A stretch of DNA of 64,000 nucleotides from Balanoglossus misakiensis. Taxonomy: Eukaryota > Animalia > Hemichordata. The translations under genes were made by a program, and so were the position numbers. Positions within the stretch are counted from its first letter, which is position 1. The number at the start of each line of letters is the position of its first letter. Below, in pieces: positions 1 to 12,318 of this stretch. The DNA is taken from contig CM082579.2 of the NCBI GenBank assembly GCA_040954595.2, forward strand, positions 1,935,908-1,999,907, given 5' to 3'. The notes under the pieces are model-generated. The model had not been told where the DNA came from, ran no database searches, and saw only the letters and a list, made by a program, of their open reading frames with translations.

Positions 1-191
1 CCACCCCCCCCCCCCCAACCATACCTTAAACTATGGGAAGCTTTGCCCATTTCTATGATGGTAAACATTTCTGATGATCACAATGAAAATACATGTACCT
101 GAATACGAAGCTGAAGTATCAATGCAAGTTAGACAAAACAGAGTTGTGCCCCATAACTGTAATTGTAAAACCCATTTCTCATCCTCTTCAG

Positions 192-1184
192 GTACTCTTT
201 TGCAATTGTGGGTATCAACATCACCAGCATGGCATGCAATCTATTACACCAGGGAGTTCTCAAAGTCCACTTCTATAATCTGACGCACGGTGAACCAACG
301 ATGAGTCAGTTCCACCGGACATACTGTAAATACCATCATGTTTGCTGCTTTGTTGTTTGTTAGTTAGTTCTCCCATGTTTGTGGTGTATCATTTTTACGG
401 GCTAATGTTTCTGACACATAGTCAATATGTTATACTCTGTGGGTATTATGAATACATCTACCTGCACATTTGTTTATATTATTAAAATCATATAATGAAT
501 GTCCCCTTACACAGAAATGCATACACATCTAGTCTGTTGAAATTATTCTAAGTACAGAATAGTAAAATCCTTCACTTTGTACATCATGCCAGCACAGCAA
601 AATGGTGTATCAACATCAAGTAACCATAAATGTACACAGTATGCTTATACCATCATCATTACCAGCACAAATGAAAGTACAGATAAATTCTGTTTGGCCC
701 ATAAGGACAGTCCTCAGCTGTACCAGTGACTTTTCTCATATTTTTCTGGATCCAGAAATGTCAAACACTGCCATATGGCATGCATCCTATCATTGAATAT
801 TTATGAAGCAGAGACATTCATATTTACTGGATGTTGTGACGCCATTTTTGATTGGTCGACGGGTGGAGGCATAGTTAAATGGAGGCAGTTGCCAGCCAAT
901 CACTGTGTCTTTCAGTTTTCCGACATTGATTAGACAAGTGTCAAAAATAACCATAGGAAACAACACCAGCTGTCATTTTGGACATTTGTCTATAGTTAGT
1001 GTGTTCTTTCCATTTGTTTATTAATGTAGGTTACCTCCTGTTTGAATTTGACAAGTTCTGGTTGGAGGAAAAACCGAAAGATGTCATGGAATTCAGCCGC
1101 ATCAGAGACAAGTTCCAAAAGAAAATAATCAAGATGCTGAAGGACCAGCATGTGGTTCTTGAAGGAACTTTCTTCAAGGAGTGA
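192..1184 (+). CDS. ELMOD2: ELMO domain-containing protein (ELMOD1/2-like ARL GAP), last two coding exons (192-325, 1030-1184); 5' part lies outside the window
   Basis: cag|G at 192, T|gtaaat at 325, tag|GT at 1030, phases agree. Spliced peptide YSFAIVGINITSMACNLLHQGVLKVHFYNLTHGEPTMSQFHRTYC-YLLFEFDKFWLEEKPKDVMEFSRIRDKFQKKI...* matches the recalled ELMOD1/2 C-terminus (YSYAIVGIN...FYCYLVYEFDKFW). Confidence 0.85.
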
Positions 1185-3217
1185 GATTCTTGAGACGCAG
1201 CTGGAAAGAAAGCTAGAGTCACCTTGAGGATGCCTTGTTCTATCTTTTCTGTTATTTATTTTGCTTTTTGCCATTTTGACTGAAATATGCATATCTCACA
1301 GCGTGTGTAAATTAAGTTGATTTTTGTCTGTGACCACAAAGTGCTGACAGAGCCACTTGATTGAGACGCTAATTAAAAATTCTTCTTGAAGTTCAACTTC
1401 ACTGCATTAAATAATTAAGCTTTACAGAAGTCCATTCTTGTATTAAAATGTTGTGAGATTTTCATAAACTCAATGTCCTCTGTATCTCTTTGAGTGTTGT
1501 AAAATAATTTATTCACAAAGAACATGTCACATGACGTTTTATCTTGCATTGTGCTATAATAAGAAACATGAAGTGATTTAATTAACCAAATCATGTTGTA
1601 ATTGAAAGATAGAGACACCACCATAAAACTTTTAAGATTGGGCTGTTCTACAGAGTACAAAGTATATTTATTGGCAATGATGCTCAGTCCACATTTTGTG
1701 GTTGATAAACTTGTATTGCTTTGTATTGTGATCTGCCTAATTTTAAACACAGATACACATATGATCTAACTCTCAAACAGCACAAAATTAGATATGTCTA
1801 TCTTGGATTTTACACTACGTACACTATTAAAAGTCACTTGAAAATTATCAGACATTATGACCAACTTGTATTTATTTCAAAATATCGAAATAAACTCGAG
1901 AGTACACTATTATTCTTGTTGTGTCCTATTTCATCACTCCTGACCATCTATGATGTGAAGTGGTTCTAGTCTACTGCGCATGTAATAGGTTTCTCCTATC
2001 ATGAACACAGTAATATTATATTATTATTAGTCATTTAATGGACCTCTATATAGTCTATAACAGTCTCAATATTTACCCACCTGCACTCATTTCATATTCT
2101 AATATCAGAAAAACGTGGTAATGGAAATGAAGTCTATGGCCTTGCCACGTCATTTAACTACCTGTTGAATTCCGCTGTAGAATTCAGGTGAAAAAATACG
2201 CATCCGACACAGACATGAACATAAAATTCTGTGACAGAACCGAATTTGTTCTTTCGTAGGTGTACTCTCACGTGGTTTTACATTCCATTGATTTTTAAAA
2301 CACCGCTTACACTTTTTAGATAATGACCGTATTTTTTCTGTCGACATTTATTAGCGAAAGTGTGCAGAACAGGTTCTAATAAAACATTTAGGTCATTGTC
2401 ACCGGAAGAATTCATGCACTGATGGCCAAAGATGCGCATTGGGTATTGTGTTGCATACCCGGAGAAATATGATGGGTACACAGGGGGCCTTCATTTGCAT
2501 CGTGTTGATCTAGTCAGAAGTTTGTGTGCACGGCATAAACCGTTCTTTTTCAGCCAGGTGTCTGCCACTGGTTACGTCGCTTTCCCTTTCGTTCCGTCCC
2601 AGGGGTGACACAACAACGCCAATCATTGAACGAAGAGTCGGTTAAAGGTGAGTCTATGTCTTGAGATCCTTGCCTCACAGCAGAACGTCAACTTCCAGGT
2701 AATAACATCTGTATTTCTCCGCGAATTCCTATGTACATGTATTTTTACGGTGTACAAGTAAACTAATAGAGTGGGTGTAAAATTATATCTAACATCTGTC
2801 GCACGCCAAGGATGAGGGTTTTTAAAAAGGCACTGGTAAATAATTTGACTTCATCTTGAAGCTGTTGGTACTGTATGGTAACGGGTTCCACTGCCGAATT
2901 ATTTGCTGTTTTCTGTAACAGGTATTGTCGTCCATGAAAATGTCCAAAAGGGCAAGAAAACCCAGAATGTTCGGTCGTAAGCTTTTTAAACCATATGCTA
3001 AAGGTTTCCACTCTGATAGAAAACAAGCAAATTCCACCAAAAATTATACCCGTCAATGCGGCGACTAAAATATTCCACAAATCTTATCATCGACGTCAGA
3101 TCCAATTCATCCGATTGATGTACTTTTGGTTAGCGGAATGTAATCAATATTAGGGTGTTGATTCTTTTAATATTGCAGGTTTTTTAATCAATAACACCCT
3201 TGCACCGAAGACTGACC

Positions 3218-4539
3218 ATGCCGGACCCAGACAGTCAAAGAACCAGCTCCAACGAGGAACGTTATCCATACACAGATACCACACCCATTTTGTCAGACAA
3301 GAAGGTAAGGACACTTAACAGGCTGGAAGTTTTGTTTGTGTTCAAGAAATACTTTGGATTGCTAGATCGATAAACGATCTCGGAACATTTACATGTAATA
3401 ATTCATATATCCGCGTTGACGAAATAATGCATTTTTTATAAGATGACATTTCTATACTTTGATATTTCGCTTTATTTCAGTCTACAGTTAATGGTGATGA
3501 CCCAACGCATTGGTCTGATGCTGATGATTCTGGTCAGTTGTCCCGACGGGAGCGATATATACAATGGCTGCGATCGTCACTCGGGATATCCATGGCCCTG
3601 ACTTCGGGCTGTGCTTTCGCTGTTGGCTATATGTTTGCAGCATTAGCTTTGATGGTAATGATGCCCTTCCAGTCGGTGTTCGTAGTACAAGGCATCATCG
3701 GTCTCATAATGATACCACCGATTGTCTTCTTAAGGGTGGATGTGTTGCTAAGGTGCACGAGAGAAAGGCTGCTTCTTATTGCCAATGGTATAGGTTACAC
3801 CATCGGAGAGGCGGGTCTGTATTACGCTCTGGCCAATCTGCCAATCGGCAACGTCAACGCCATCTTCATGGGTTCCCTGCCCATCATCACGGCCATCTTC
3901 AGCACCATCTTCCTCCGGGAACCATGGAAACTAGTCCACGGCATCGTCGCCATAGTAAACATCGTCGGTATACTGCTGATATCTCAGCCCACGTTCATAT
4001 TTGGCGGCGAGGATCCTGACACCAACCGCACCATCAGTATCGAGGCACTTGGGTACATGTCGACCGCTGCCGGCGCCGCTGGTTACGCTGCGTCCTACGT
4101 CACCTGTCGAGCTTTGGGTGAGGGCGTGAGCATGTTGACCATCATCCTGTGGGACTCCATCGTCGCCTGCATTCTTTGCAGCGTGTTGACGTTCTCAGTC
4201 GAGAGCCCGGTGTGGAAATTCAGCGGAAGAACCTACGGATTCATCGTCGGAGTCGCCATCTTTGACTGTCTCGGGCACTGGACCGCTTTCCGAAGTGTAC
4301 AATTGGAAAACGCGGCGACGGCCAGTCTCCTCTTCAACTTCGAAGTGGTTGTTTCGTACACGCTGGACTATTTCGTCTTCGGCACTCATATTGGATGGTT
4401 TGAAATCGGTGGCGTTGCTATGATAATGTTCAGCGCGCTTGTCATATCAGTGGTCACGTGGAGAGCAAACCAATTTCAAGCTAAGGAGGGCGAGGAGAAA
4501 GACAAGGATGGCTATACTGATTTTAGGCACACAGATTAG
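3218..4539 (+). CDS. SLC35G-like EamA/DMT-family transporter, ~381 aa; exons 3218-3304 and 3481-4539
   Basis: ATG at 3218, AAG|gtaagg at 3304, ttttcag|TCT at 3481 in frame with the 333-aa ORF. About 10 hydrophobic helices with EamA signatures (LYYALANLPIGNVNAIF..PIITAIFSTIFLRE; LLFNFEVVVSYTLDYFVFG..IGWFEIGG). A possible non-coding 5' exon ends at 2647 (AAAG|gtgagt) with an acceptor at 3178. Confidence 0.85.
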
Positions 4540-5013
4540 TCAAAGCCCCGGATACGTCCAAGTCTTTGAAAAATATATAAATGGTGTCATCTTCCTGGTT
4601 GTACATCAAATGATTTTAAAAACATATCTAAATTGGAAGGCTATTCACATGGAACTGGACAGTCACACAACTGTCTATATGTTTTGCTTTTTACTTCTAC
4701 CATTTCTGTCCACTTCTTGTGAAATAACAAGAAGCAGTCTGTGTGCTTGTGACAAGGTTGAAACTCTTCTAGAAGTATCAAATCTTCATCTATTATTCCC
4801 TATTCAAATGTATTTTATTTAACACTTGTTCACTGGTAACTTCATTAGAGAGAATAAAAATGTTTAAAAACTCTGAACGGCTAACCAAAGTCGCCCAGTG
4901 ATGGAATCATTCTGTTAGTAATTGAACTGACAAAGTTGCATTTTCTAATGCTAAAAACAGAACACAATGAAATCATACGTCCCCTTCACATTGGACATAG
5001 CCTGGCTACTTGA

Positions 5014-8000
5014 TCATCTTTTGTTGTCTGTGGGATGTACTTTGCTGGAAACCTTTCGCCGCCATTTCCTGTAAATGTTGATGCAAGCGAAGTCGAAGAT
5101 TTCGACAACGGTTACAAAGCTGGCACCCAATAAGAGTCCCATGGAGCCTCCTATGTCACCTTTGAAAAGAAGGTGTAAATGATAAGTATTTGATCCGGTG
5201 TTGATTTTTCATATACTGTTTAGAATACAACCATGAGTCTTTTTCCCAAAGCCAATCATTCATTTGTACAGGTAGCTGTGATCAATATTCGGAGATACTT
5301 ACTGAACATCGTAAACAGTTCATACGCAACCCGATGCTTGATTTCTTCATAGCTCAATTCTTCATAAAATATGTTTATCTTTACACCGTTTTTCCTGCGA
5401 AAGGTGAGCGAAAAACCGCGGTAACACGTCTGTAATCGCCCCCAGGATGTGGTGTAGGGTATCTCTTCCATGTTCAGATTTTACTGGTGGATTGTCGGTC
5501 TGGATGTTCTTTCAATCTGTACTCGTTACGACTCTAGTAACAGAGCAGTCTTCCGCCATAAATTCGTCGTAGCCCCCTCCCGCGCAAAACTTTGATTTTT
5601 CTGATAACTAGCACTTGACAGAGTAATGAAAAATGCAAAATACCTTGGAAAATCTGGATCAGATTTATTAAGTAGTCTACTGTACTCGACGGCGAGAAAG
5701 TCCGACGGAAACTGTGCGTAAGAGAGCTGTGCACTGTGCATTGTTCGTTCACATGGAACTGGACAGTCGCACAACTGTCTATGACTGGCATATTCATCTA
5801 GAAAGAGGGGGGTAGGGGGAGAGAGGGAGGGGAGAGGGGGAGAGAGGGAGGGGAGAGGGAGGGGAGAGACCGACACGTTTTGATTAAAAAGCCAATCGCT
5901 TACGATATGGGTCAACGCCCGGGTCAATCGTAAAATTGTCTGGAAAGTCTACGTTGCACACCTGCTCCAAGAGTGAAGAGCTTGATTGACCAATCACAAG
6001 CGCTATGGTCTATCCGTTTGAGTCGTGCGGAAAGTAATTAACCAATCAGAATTGTCGGGGTCTAAATAATTAGCCAAACAATGACGATCACTCGATTGGC
6101 ACCCAGTCGGTGCATGCATGCATGTTTGTCCGCACTGCGATCTCTATTTTTGCTGAGACACAGAAACTTTGATCAAAACTACATGTAGGCCTATCATAGG
6201 AGATTTGTGTATTAAGGCAACTTCATTAAAAGTTAGGAAATTATGATGCTTACTGAGTTTTGGAAGGCAGCAACTGTACTCTATCTCGGGCGTGCAATAC
6301 GGAGCGTCAACTGCATCTGAAAAATCGATACAATCCATTTACGTTTATAATAGTTATGAATGTCCGTAAGAAGACGCCGAACTCGTGATTGTAAGGTGTC
6401 AGAATTAGTCAGTGTAACACAGGGTGACCTAAGCAAAATGTTTCTTCATTTCACAACTTCAAACACTTTTTTGCAATGACTAAGCCCATATACTATACAT
6501 GTACATTTACTTACCAGGCATGTACACACGTTTGCATCCACATCTTTCAACGATAAAGTCGATAAGGCATTCCAGTTGACATTTTGACATGCTGTATTCC
6601 TCATAATAGTTTAACTTTCTGGTCTGACAGCTTCCATAAGGCTCTGGAAAACTGGATACCTGGAATTTAAGATCTCTCGTGAAAACCTTGACGTGATCAA
6701 GTAAATCCACGTGCGTGCATACCCGTCACTACTCAGTGCATTGTGGGTAATTCGACAACTGCATCCATCAACGGAAACCTACTGATTCAAAATCGTGTTC
6801 AAATCTTCTTATATAGGGATATCATAGCATGTAAATGTTCCAACTTTAAGTAAAATCTCCGCGCTTTTGCTGGACCTATTATTGGTGAAATACCTACAGA
6901 AAATCGACTTATACATGTACTTTGTCGGACGCTTACCGTGATCATTTTGAGCCCGACGAGGGCAGCGGTTCCCGGCGAGACAGCAAATCCAAGATCGCTG
7001 ACCATGGGAATGTCCTGCTGATTGTGGATTGCGATTTTAAACCCTGCCGAGTCCTCCGGACCTCGTCCATACTCCCATTGTTCGACGTTTAGAATCAGAT
7101 TCAGTGCAAAACGTTTACCTGGAATAAAGCAAATGAAATCATAGCAACCCCTTTCATCACCACCAGTGTCGTCATCATCATGACCAGTGTATCAGCTATT
7201 TTATATTTTACCTATAAGGCAGATGATGATTTGCAGAGAGAATACCACCATACCTGTATTATCAACTCTTAGTTGTGGACAGTCATCAACTCCTGAATTG
7301 AAAGTGTGACACAGGCCATAGTCAGTAAGTGTGGTGGTGAAATTCGCAGCTGAACACTTCTGTCCCTTCCATTCACACCTGCCGGGAAAAAAGTGTAGTC
7401 AAGAATAACGCGGTGCCTCTTAAAATGTTTCTACTGATTTTAACACAAGTCAGCACTATAAACGGATGGTATTATGATATTAGGGCTCGACGTTTTAATT
7501 AATTGAACCAAAAATGTTTCTGACTTACAAAATGATCATTTCTTCTTTCTGGTGTCCGTATCTCATCAGAAGTTCTTTCAGATTATTCACAGATGACAAA
7601 GTAAAATTCTGTAAAATAGCTTTGTTGGCATTGACTTCGGACTCCAATGGATACAATAACTGTAAGACGTTTTCGATATTTTCCTCACCGTGGTTCTCCA
7701 TCTCCACCCGTCTACAAAATAAAATACAACATAATGTGATAACCTTTAACCCAAAACGAACACAAATGTGCACATATACACACATATACTTTTGTCACGA
7801 AACTAATCAGAACAATGGGCTACAATAATTCCAAAAATTCCATCCACACAAAGATGAGATTTCGTCACTATGGTGATGAAAGTTTCTGCACTGCCGCCCG
7901 CGCCAATTAAGTATTCATAACACGAATGGTCCAAACATGCGGCTAGTGACCAGAAAACGGATAAATACTGAGTCCAGACAGATAGATATGGAGAACTCCC

Positions 8001-10764
8001 AAGGACGAATTCTGTGTACAGAACTCTAGTTCAGATTGGCAGAGGCTGCAGTGCAGAACCTTTCATCACCAGTATGGCGAAATCTCATCCTTTTGTGGAT
8101 GGAATGTTTGGAATTATGTAGCCTTAATTAAAGTTTCGTGAGTTCGGACTACTATCATGACACACACAGAGCTACGTCAGAAGTTTAGCAGCTAAATTCC
8201 CCCATAACAAGGGCCAACGCGACACAAACGCCCAGGAACTGTTTAAATTATACTTTACAAACCCACACAAACATAAAAAGCTATACAAGATGTCGTATAG
8301 TAAGGTCAGGCATCGATTTCAGACTGGAACTTGGTACGAAGTTGAGCTGTTGTGCCAGATATGCCAACTTGATATCAAAAGTGTGATTATCGAGGGATGA
8401 AAATTAAACAAAGACATAACCTGGTACAAGAGTAAATCCCACAAGGCGTGATTTACTGGTGAAAATGACAGTTAATTACGGCTAATGGCGTCATAAGAAT
8501 CAACGTCTTAGCTCTTTTATAGCCCGCATAAAGATTGCTTTTTAATTCAGTTCAGAAAGATATACTGACATCGTAAGGCAGTTTATGACAAAGTGCGGTA
8601 TTTCCTGGATACACTTAACAGACATTATAGCTCTCGAAAGACACTTGATGTGGTTTCTTGAACGAAAACATCACCTCGTTATTATTCGCAATATAATCCT
8701 GATTTCGTCTTTTTTCATATTCCAATATAATTCTAATCTCTCTGAATTGATGGAATTAACACATTATTACCCTTTCGTAATTGTCTTTAAATTGTCATGA
8801 CAACTATCAAGAATTTAATGTACATGGTCTGTTACCTGTTGCAAACACCTGGTGTTGATCGATCGATCAAAGCGATAGTAAATTCGGTTTTATTTTGCGG
8901 ATATGTAGTTTATCAGAATTGATCTCAAAATGATACAATGTGGTAATACGGCTTTCATTTAATGAGATACCGTGAACAAGCGCAAAGGACGGCGCACATA
9001 CTTCTCGGTGTTTCGAGTGCAGGCGCTTTTTATCCCAAATAATCCCGAATCGTCATTGAAAAAGCCGAAGTAGACCCTTCAACATAATAAATCGCCGCGA
9101 TGATGGATTATTTTCACCGCAAACCACGATAGAGAAGCTCAGTTCAACCGGCTGTGTGCTTTCACACGTTTGTCGTAACTCCACACGATATTATTGAACG
9201 TGTCGTAGGATTAGAAACCAACCGTAATTAGGACAACAGCTAAAGTCTTTGTAATAAACCCAAGTGCAGCCTGCACTGTAATTGTAGTCTATACCGCAAG
9301 ACTTGGAATAGACAATCCCAAACAACACAAGAAAAGTTACGCCCCCCCCCCCCTCCATCGATCGCCACGTCTTCCTACTCACCTGAGCAAATTCATATTA
9401 CAGATGGTGATTGCCGGGAAAGGCAGATCTTTGGCGTACTTGATCTTGATGTCGACATTGACAGGGTAGGAGCGGTAGAGGTTGACACAGCGGATGATTT
9501 GATAGGTCAGAAACCCGGCTCCAGTCAGTACTACAAGGAACCAGAAACACCTGGTCGGGGAAAGAGAAGGAGAAGTTAGTACAAAGAATGTTTTATGCAG
9601 TTTGTATAGACTTTTAAACTTTTAATGACATTTCCGAAAGTCTGTTCAAAATGTTGCATTCGTTGCTGACGAGGCGTCAAACGCCATCTTCTTCACGGTT
9701 TTGAAACAATTGAAGTTGAAGAAGTCTCTTCTGGCAACTTTTCCCGAGCTTAAACTTAAATTATAGTCCATGATATCAACCTGATTGTAGCTGAATCCCA
9801 CGGAATCGCGTGGCTTTCAATCCGTTCGACCATTCTCCCTTTCTCGGTCAAGTACATTAAATTTTCATCGGGCCTTACATCATGTCAACCAAAAGACTTT
9901 ACAGGAAGCTTATAACAAACACGCGATCGGTCGCCGTGATTGTAGTATTATGAATTCATCAAGACAGATGTATTTGTCAACATTAAAAACCTAACAAGCG
10001 GACGGAATGAGCGTCGGATAACGCGATTTGAAAGAGACAGACGACTCGCTTTGAGCTACTGACATGAATCGACTATCGATCACGGTGGTTCAATTTTCCT
10101 CTTGGGAACAATTCTAATTTCAGTATCACAGCACAAATTCATTTTCTCTCCCTTTCAAGATTCTTATTTTTGTCACTTCCTGAGCTATACTTTAATTGTA
10201 CTCGCGGGATTATCCGACTTGTGTGATACATGCGTTAAATACACACGTCCGAAATTGAAGGCTCTTGTTCGTGTTATTTTCTGTCTAAGAACACGAATGG
10301 ACGAATTCAAGAAAAATGTTAAACTGTCATTCAGCCTAAAATCTTGTGAAATCACCCTGAATCTTCAACTCTTCAATTATAATTCTGCGCTCCAGGTTCT
10401 GACGCATATTTTTTAGAACCCCTTTACTGGCAAGGTAACGTTTCCCTTTTAAACACGAAAGAAAGTGGGAAAAGAACATCTGTAGACTGGAACGTTTTGC
10501 TCACCTTCTTGGAATGCGTGACTTTGTATCGCTCACGTATTTCATTCCTGATATGCTGGCTTTCTGAGCGAAATCATGAATAGGCGCGCTTTCCTCGGGT
10601 TTGTTGCGACTTTCATCGTAACTCTTCGCTTCCCCTTGAGCATCAGCGTCCCGGAAAAATAACCCGATGACTGAATTACAAGTCGCGTGTTTGAATTTTG
10701 GCAAACCGAGGAAAGCAGAGTTCTTCTGCTGATTTTCCTCATCGCTGTTGTCTCTTGCTTTCAT
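5014..10764 (-). CDS. DEG/ENaC (ASIC/BASIC-like) amiloride-sensitive sodium channel, ~505 aa; exons 10764-10505, 9550-9383, 7711-7529, 7378-7254, 7118-6937, 6659-6515, 6316-6254, 5797-5644, 5394-5303, 5159-5014
   Basis: All introns GT-AG and phase-consistent (1518 nt). Family motifs: TM1 CFWFLVVL, post-TM1 FPAITICNMN, TDYGLCHTFNSG, GFAVSPG, Cys-rich thumb (CQLEC...CGC...CDCPVPC), TM2 SDIGGSMGLLLGASFVTVVEIFD. Start codon uncertain; more 5' exons possible near 11283-11357. Confidence 0.9.
5803..5869 (+). repeat. GA-rich polypurine tract (polypyrimidine tract of a DEG/ENaC acceptor on the - strand)
   Basis: gagggggg...ggagagagggaggggagaggggg repeats directly before the acceptor at 5798. Confidence 0.7.
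7818..8123. mobile_element. MITE-like non-autonomous DNA transposon with ~75-bp imperfect terminal inverted repeats, in a DEG/ENaC intron
   Basis: Left arm ggctacaataattccaaaaattccatccacacaaagatgagatttcg...tttctgcactgc pairs with the reverse complement of gcagtgcagaacctttcatcacc...gatggaatgtttggaattatgtagcc. No clear TSD. Confidence 0.75.
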
Positions 10765-12143
10765 CCTCTTAACTTTCACTCCTCGCGGACTGACTTTAAC
10801 GAAACCAAGGCAGAGGTCAGCACTCTCCGACGCAAGGTAGTGAACTAGATGCAAAACTAATACGGGGGTGTCGCGAAATATGTATGTACAGGGGGTGTCG
10901 CACATATTCACCTACATTCCAACCTCAAGATGTACGCTTGATCTGAAACTATTATACTTTAGTTTACAGGAAGTAGAACAAGTTTAGCATCAATGTTTGT
11001 TCTGTTGCATCACAACACAACCTACACGTGCCCAGACTCTTTGTTCTTTGTGAAAGAAATGATGTCTCCACCAGGTGCACACTTGGTTCGGTCGCCATCT
11101 TTCTCTGTTATCTCTGTGCTAGGCTCGACCCTTTTTGGTTGGGTTTCATTTCTACCTCGCACACAGTTTTGCCTAAACCTTTCCCTTTTAGACGAACCAG
11201 AACTTCCTTGTTGACGTACAATCGAACATCCCCAATCTTCAGAACAACTTTAAATTTAAAATCACAGAAAACTGTTACTTACTGTTGAGGATGAGCGCAA
11301 CGGGGGCTGCAAGCATGGAGAAATGGCACCCTCGATTTTCGTCAAGTCACTTTCCATGACCGATGGCTTATGTACTTCATCTTAAAGGCTATAAACATTT
11401 GGAAACTCCAGTCCATATCGTCGCAGTCCTGACCTTCACTTTCACTTGGTTGTCGGAAACTGCTCAGGGTAATGAATAGGTCGTTCGCGTCACTACTTTC
11501 AGCCATGGTGTTTGCACGTCAAAGACCGAGTCTCGAATGATGGAAGTGGTGCCTCACTGACCATCTGGACAAATAAACTGGCTTACAATTATCCAATCAA
11601 CATGCGTCATTCACCAGGTGCATTTTGTGAAGCTTGTGATTGGTGATTGTGATTGAAAAGTTGTTTAGCATATCACGATCACATAAACCTGTACTTTGTA
11701 TGTGGTGAGCTTGGAAAAGACAAATGCATGTAGTTATTTTATTAAATCAAGGTATTTTGTAACGGGGAGCCGTTTCATTTTGCACACACACACGATTACA
11801 GAACTACTTTTCTTTCCTGATAAAATGAGGTCAGTAGGCACTCAAAGGCAGATTATATTTACCAAATCCACATAGCTGGCTTGTATACAAGTACTTGTAA
11901 TGTATAATTCAGGTGTGTTAAAAATTGAATAGCAAACACAAGTATGTTCCAGCACTGGATGGTATTTATTTATTTATATTTAATGAATATGAGCCATGGG
12001 ATTTTCATTAACTATGCAGTGATGGCTTTGTTAAAACACAAAGAGTGCGACAAAAATCTAATAATAAAATATTATTTTTCTGGCTGCACAATGCACTCAT
12101 TTATTTTTAAGTGTGTTTAAAACCCCAAGTAACTCCAATTTTA

Positions 12144-12318
12144 CATTAAACCTGTTTAAACCAGACATCAATGGGATTGAAGATATTGTTCGGTTTGCAG
12201 AGGTGTCCGGTTTAAAGAGGTTCTTTTCATATGTGGTTCTGTGAAAGGGACTGAAAAATGTCTTCAATATAGACAGGTTTCCAGATTAGACAGGGTTGGG
12301 TTGAGACATGTTTTACTG
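12144..12318. mobile_element. Small Tc1/mariner(pogo)-type MITE remnant
   Basis: Degenerate TIRs TA-cattaaacctgtttaaacc ... gagacatgttttactg-TA, with internal short repeats (agacagg/agagg) typical of such MITEs. Confidence 0.5.

Noticed and set aside
2150-3080. Several 65-105 aa minus-strand ORFs between ELMOD and SLC35G
   Set aside because: No recognisable motif or consistent splice chain; likely promoter and first-intron sequence of SLC35G.
3564-4019. 151-aa His/Arg-rich overlapping ORF
   Set aside because: Alternative frame of the GC-rich SLC35G exon.
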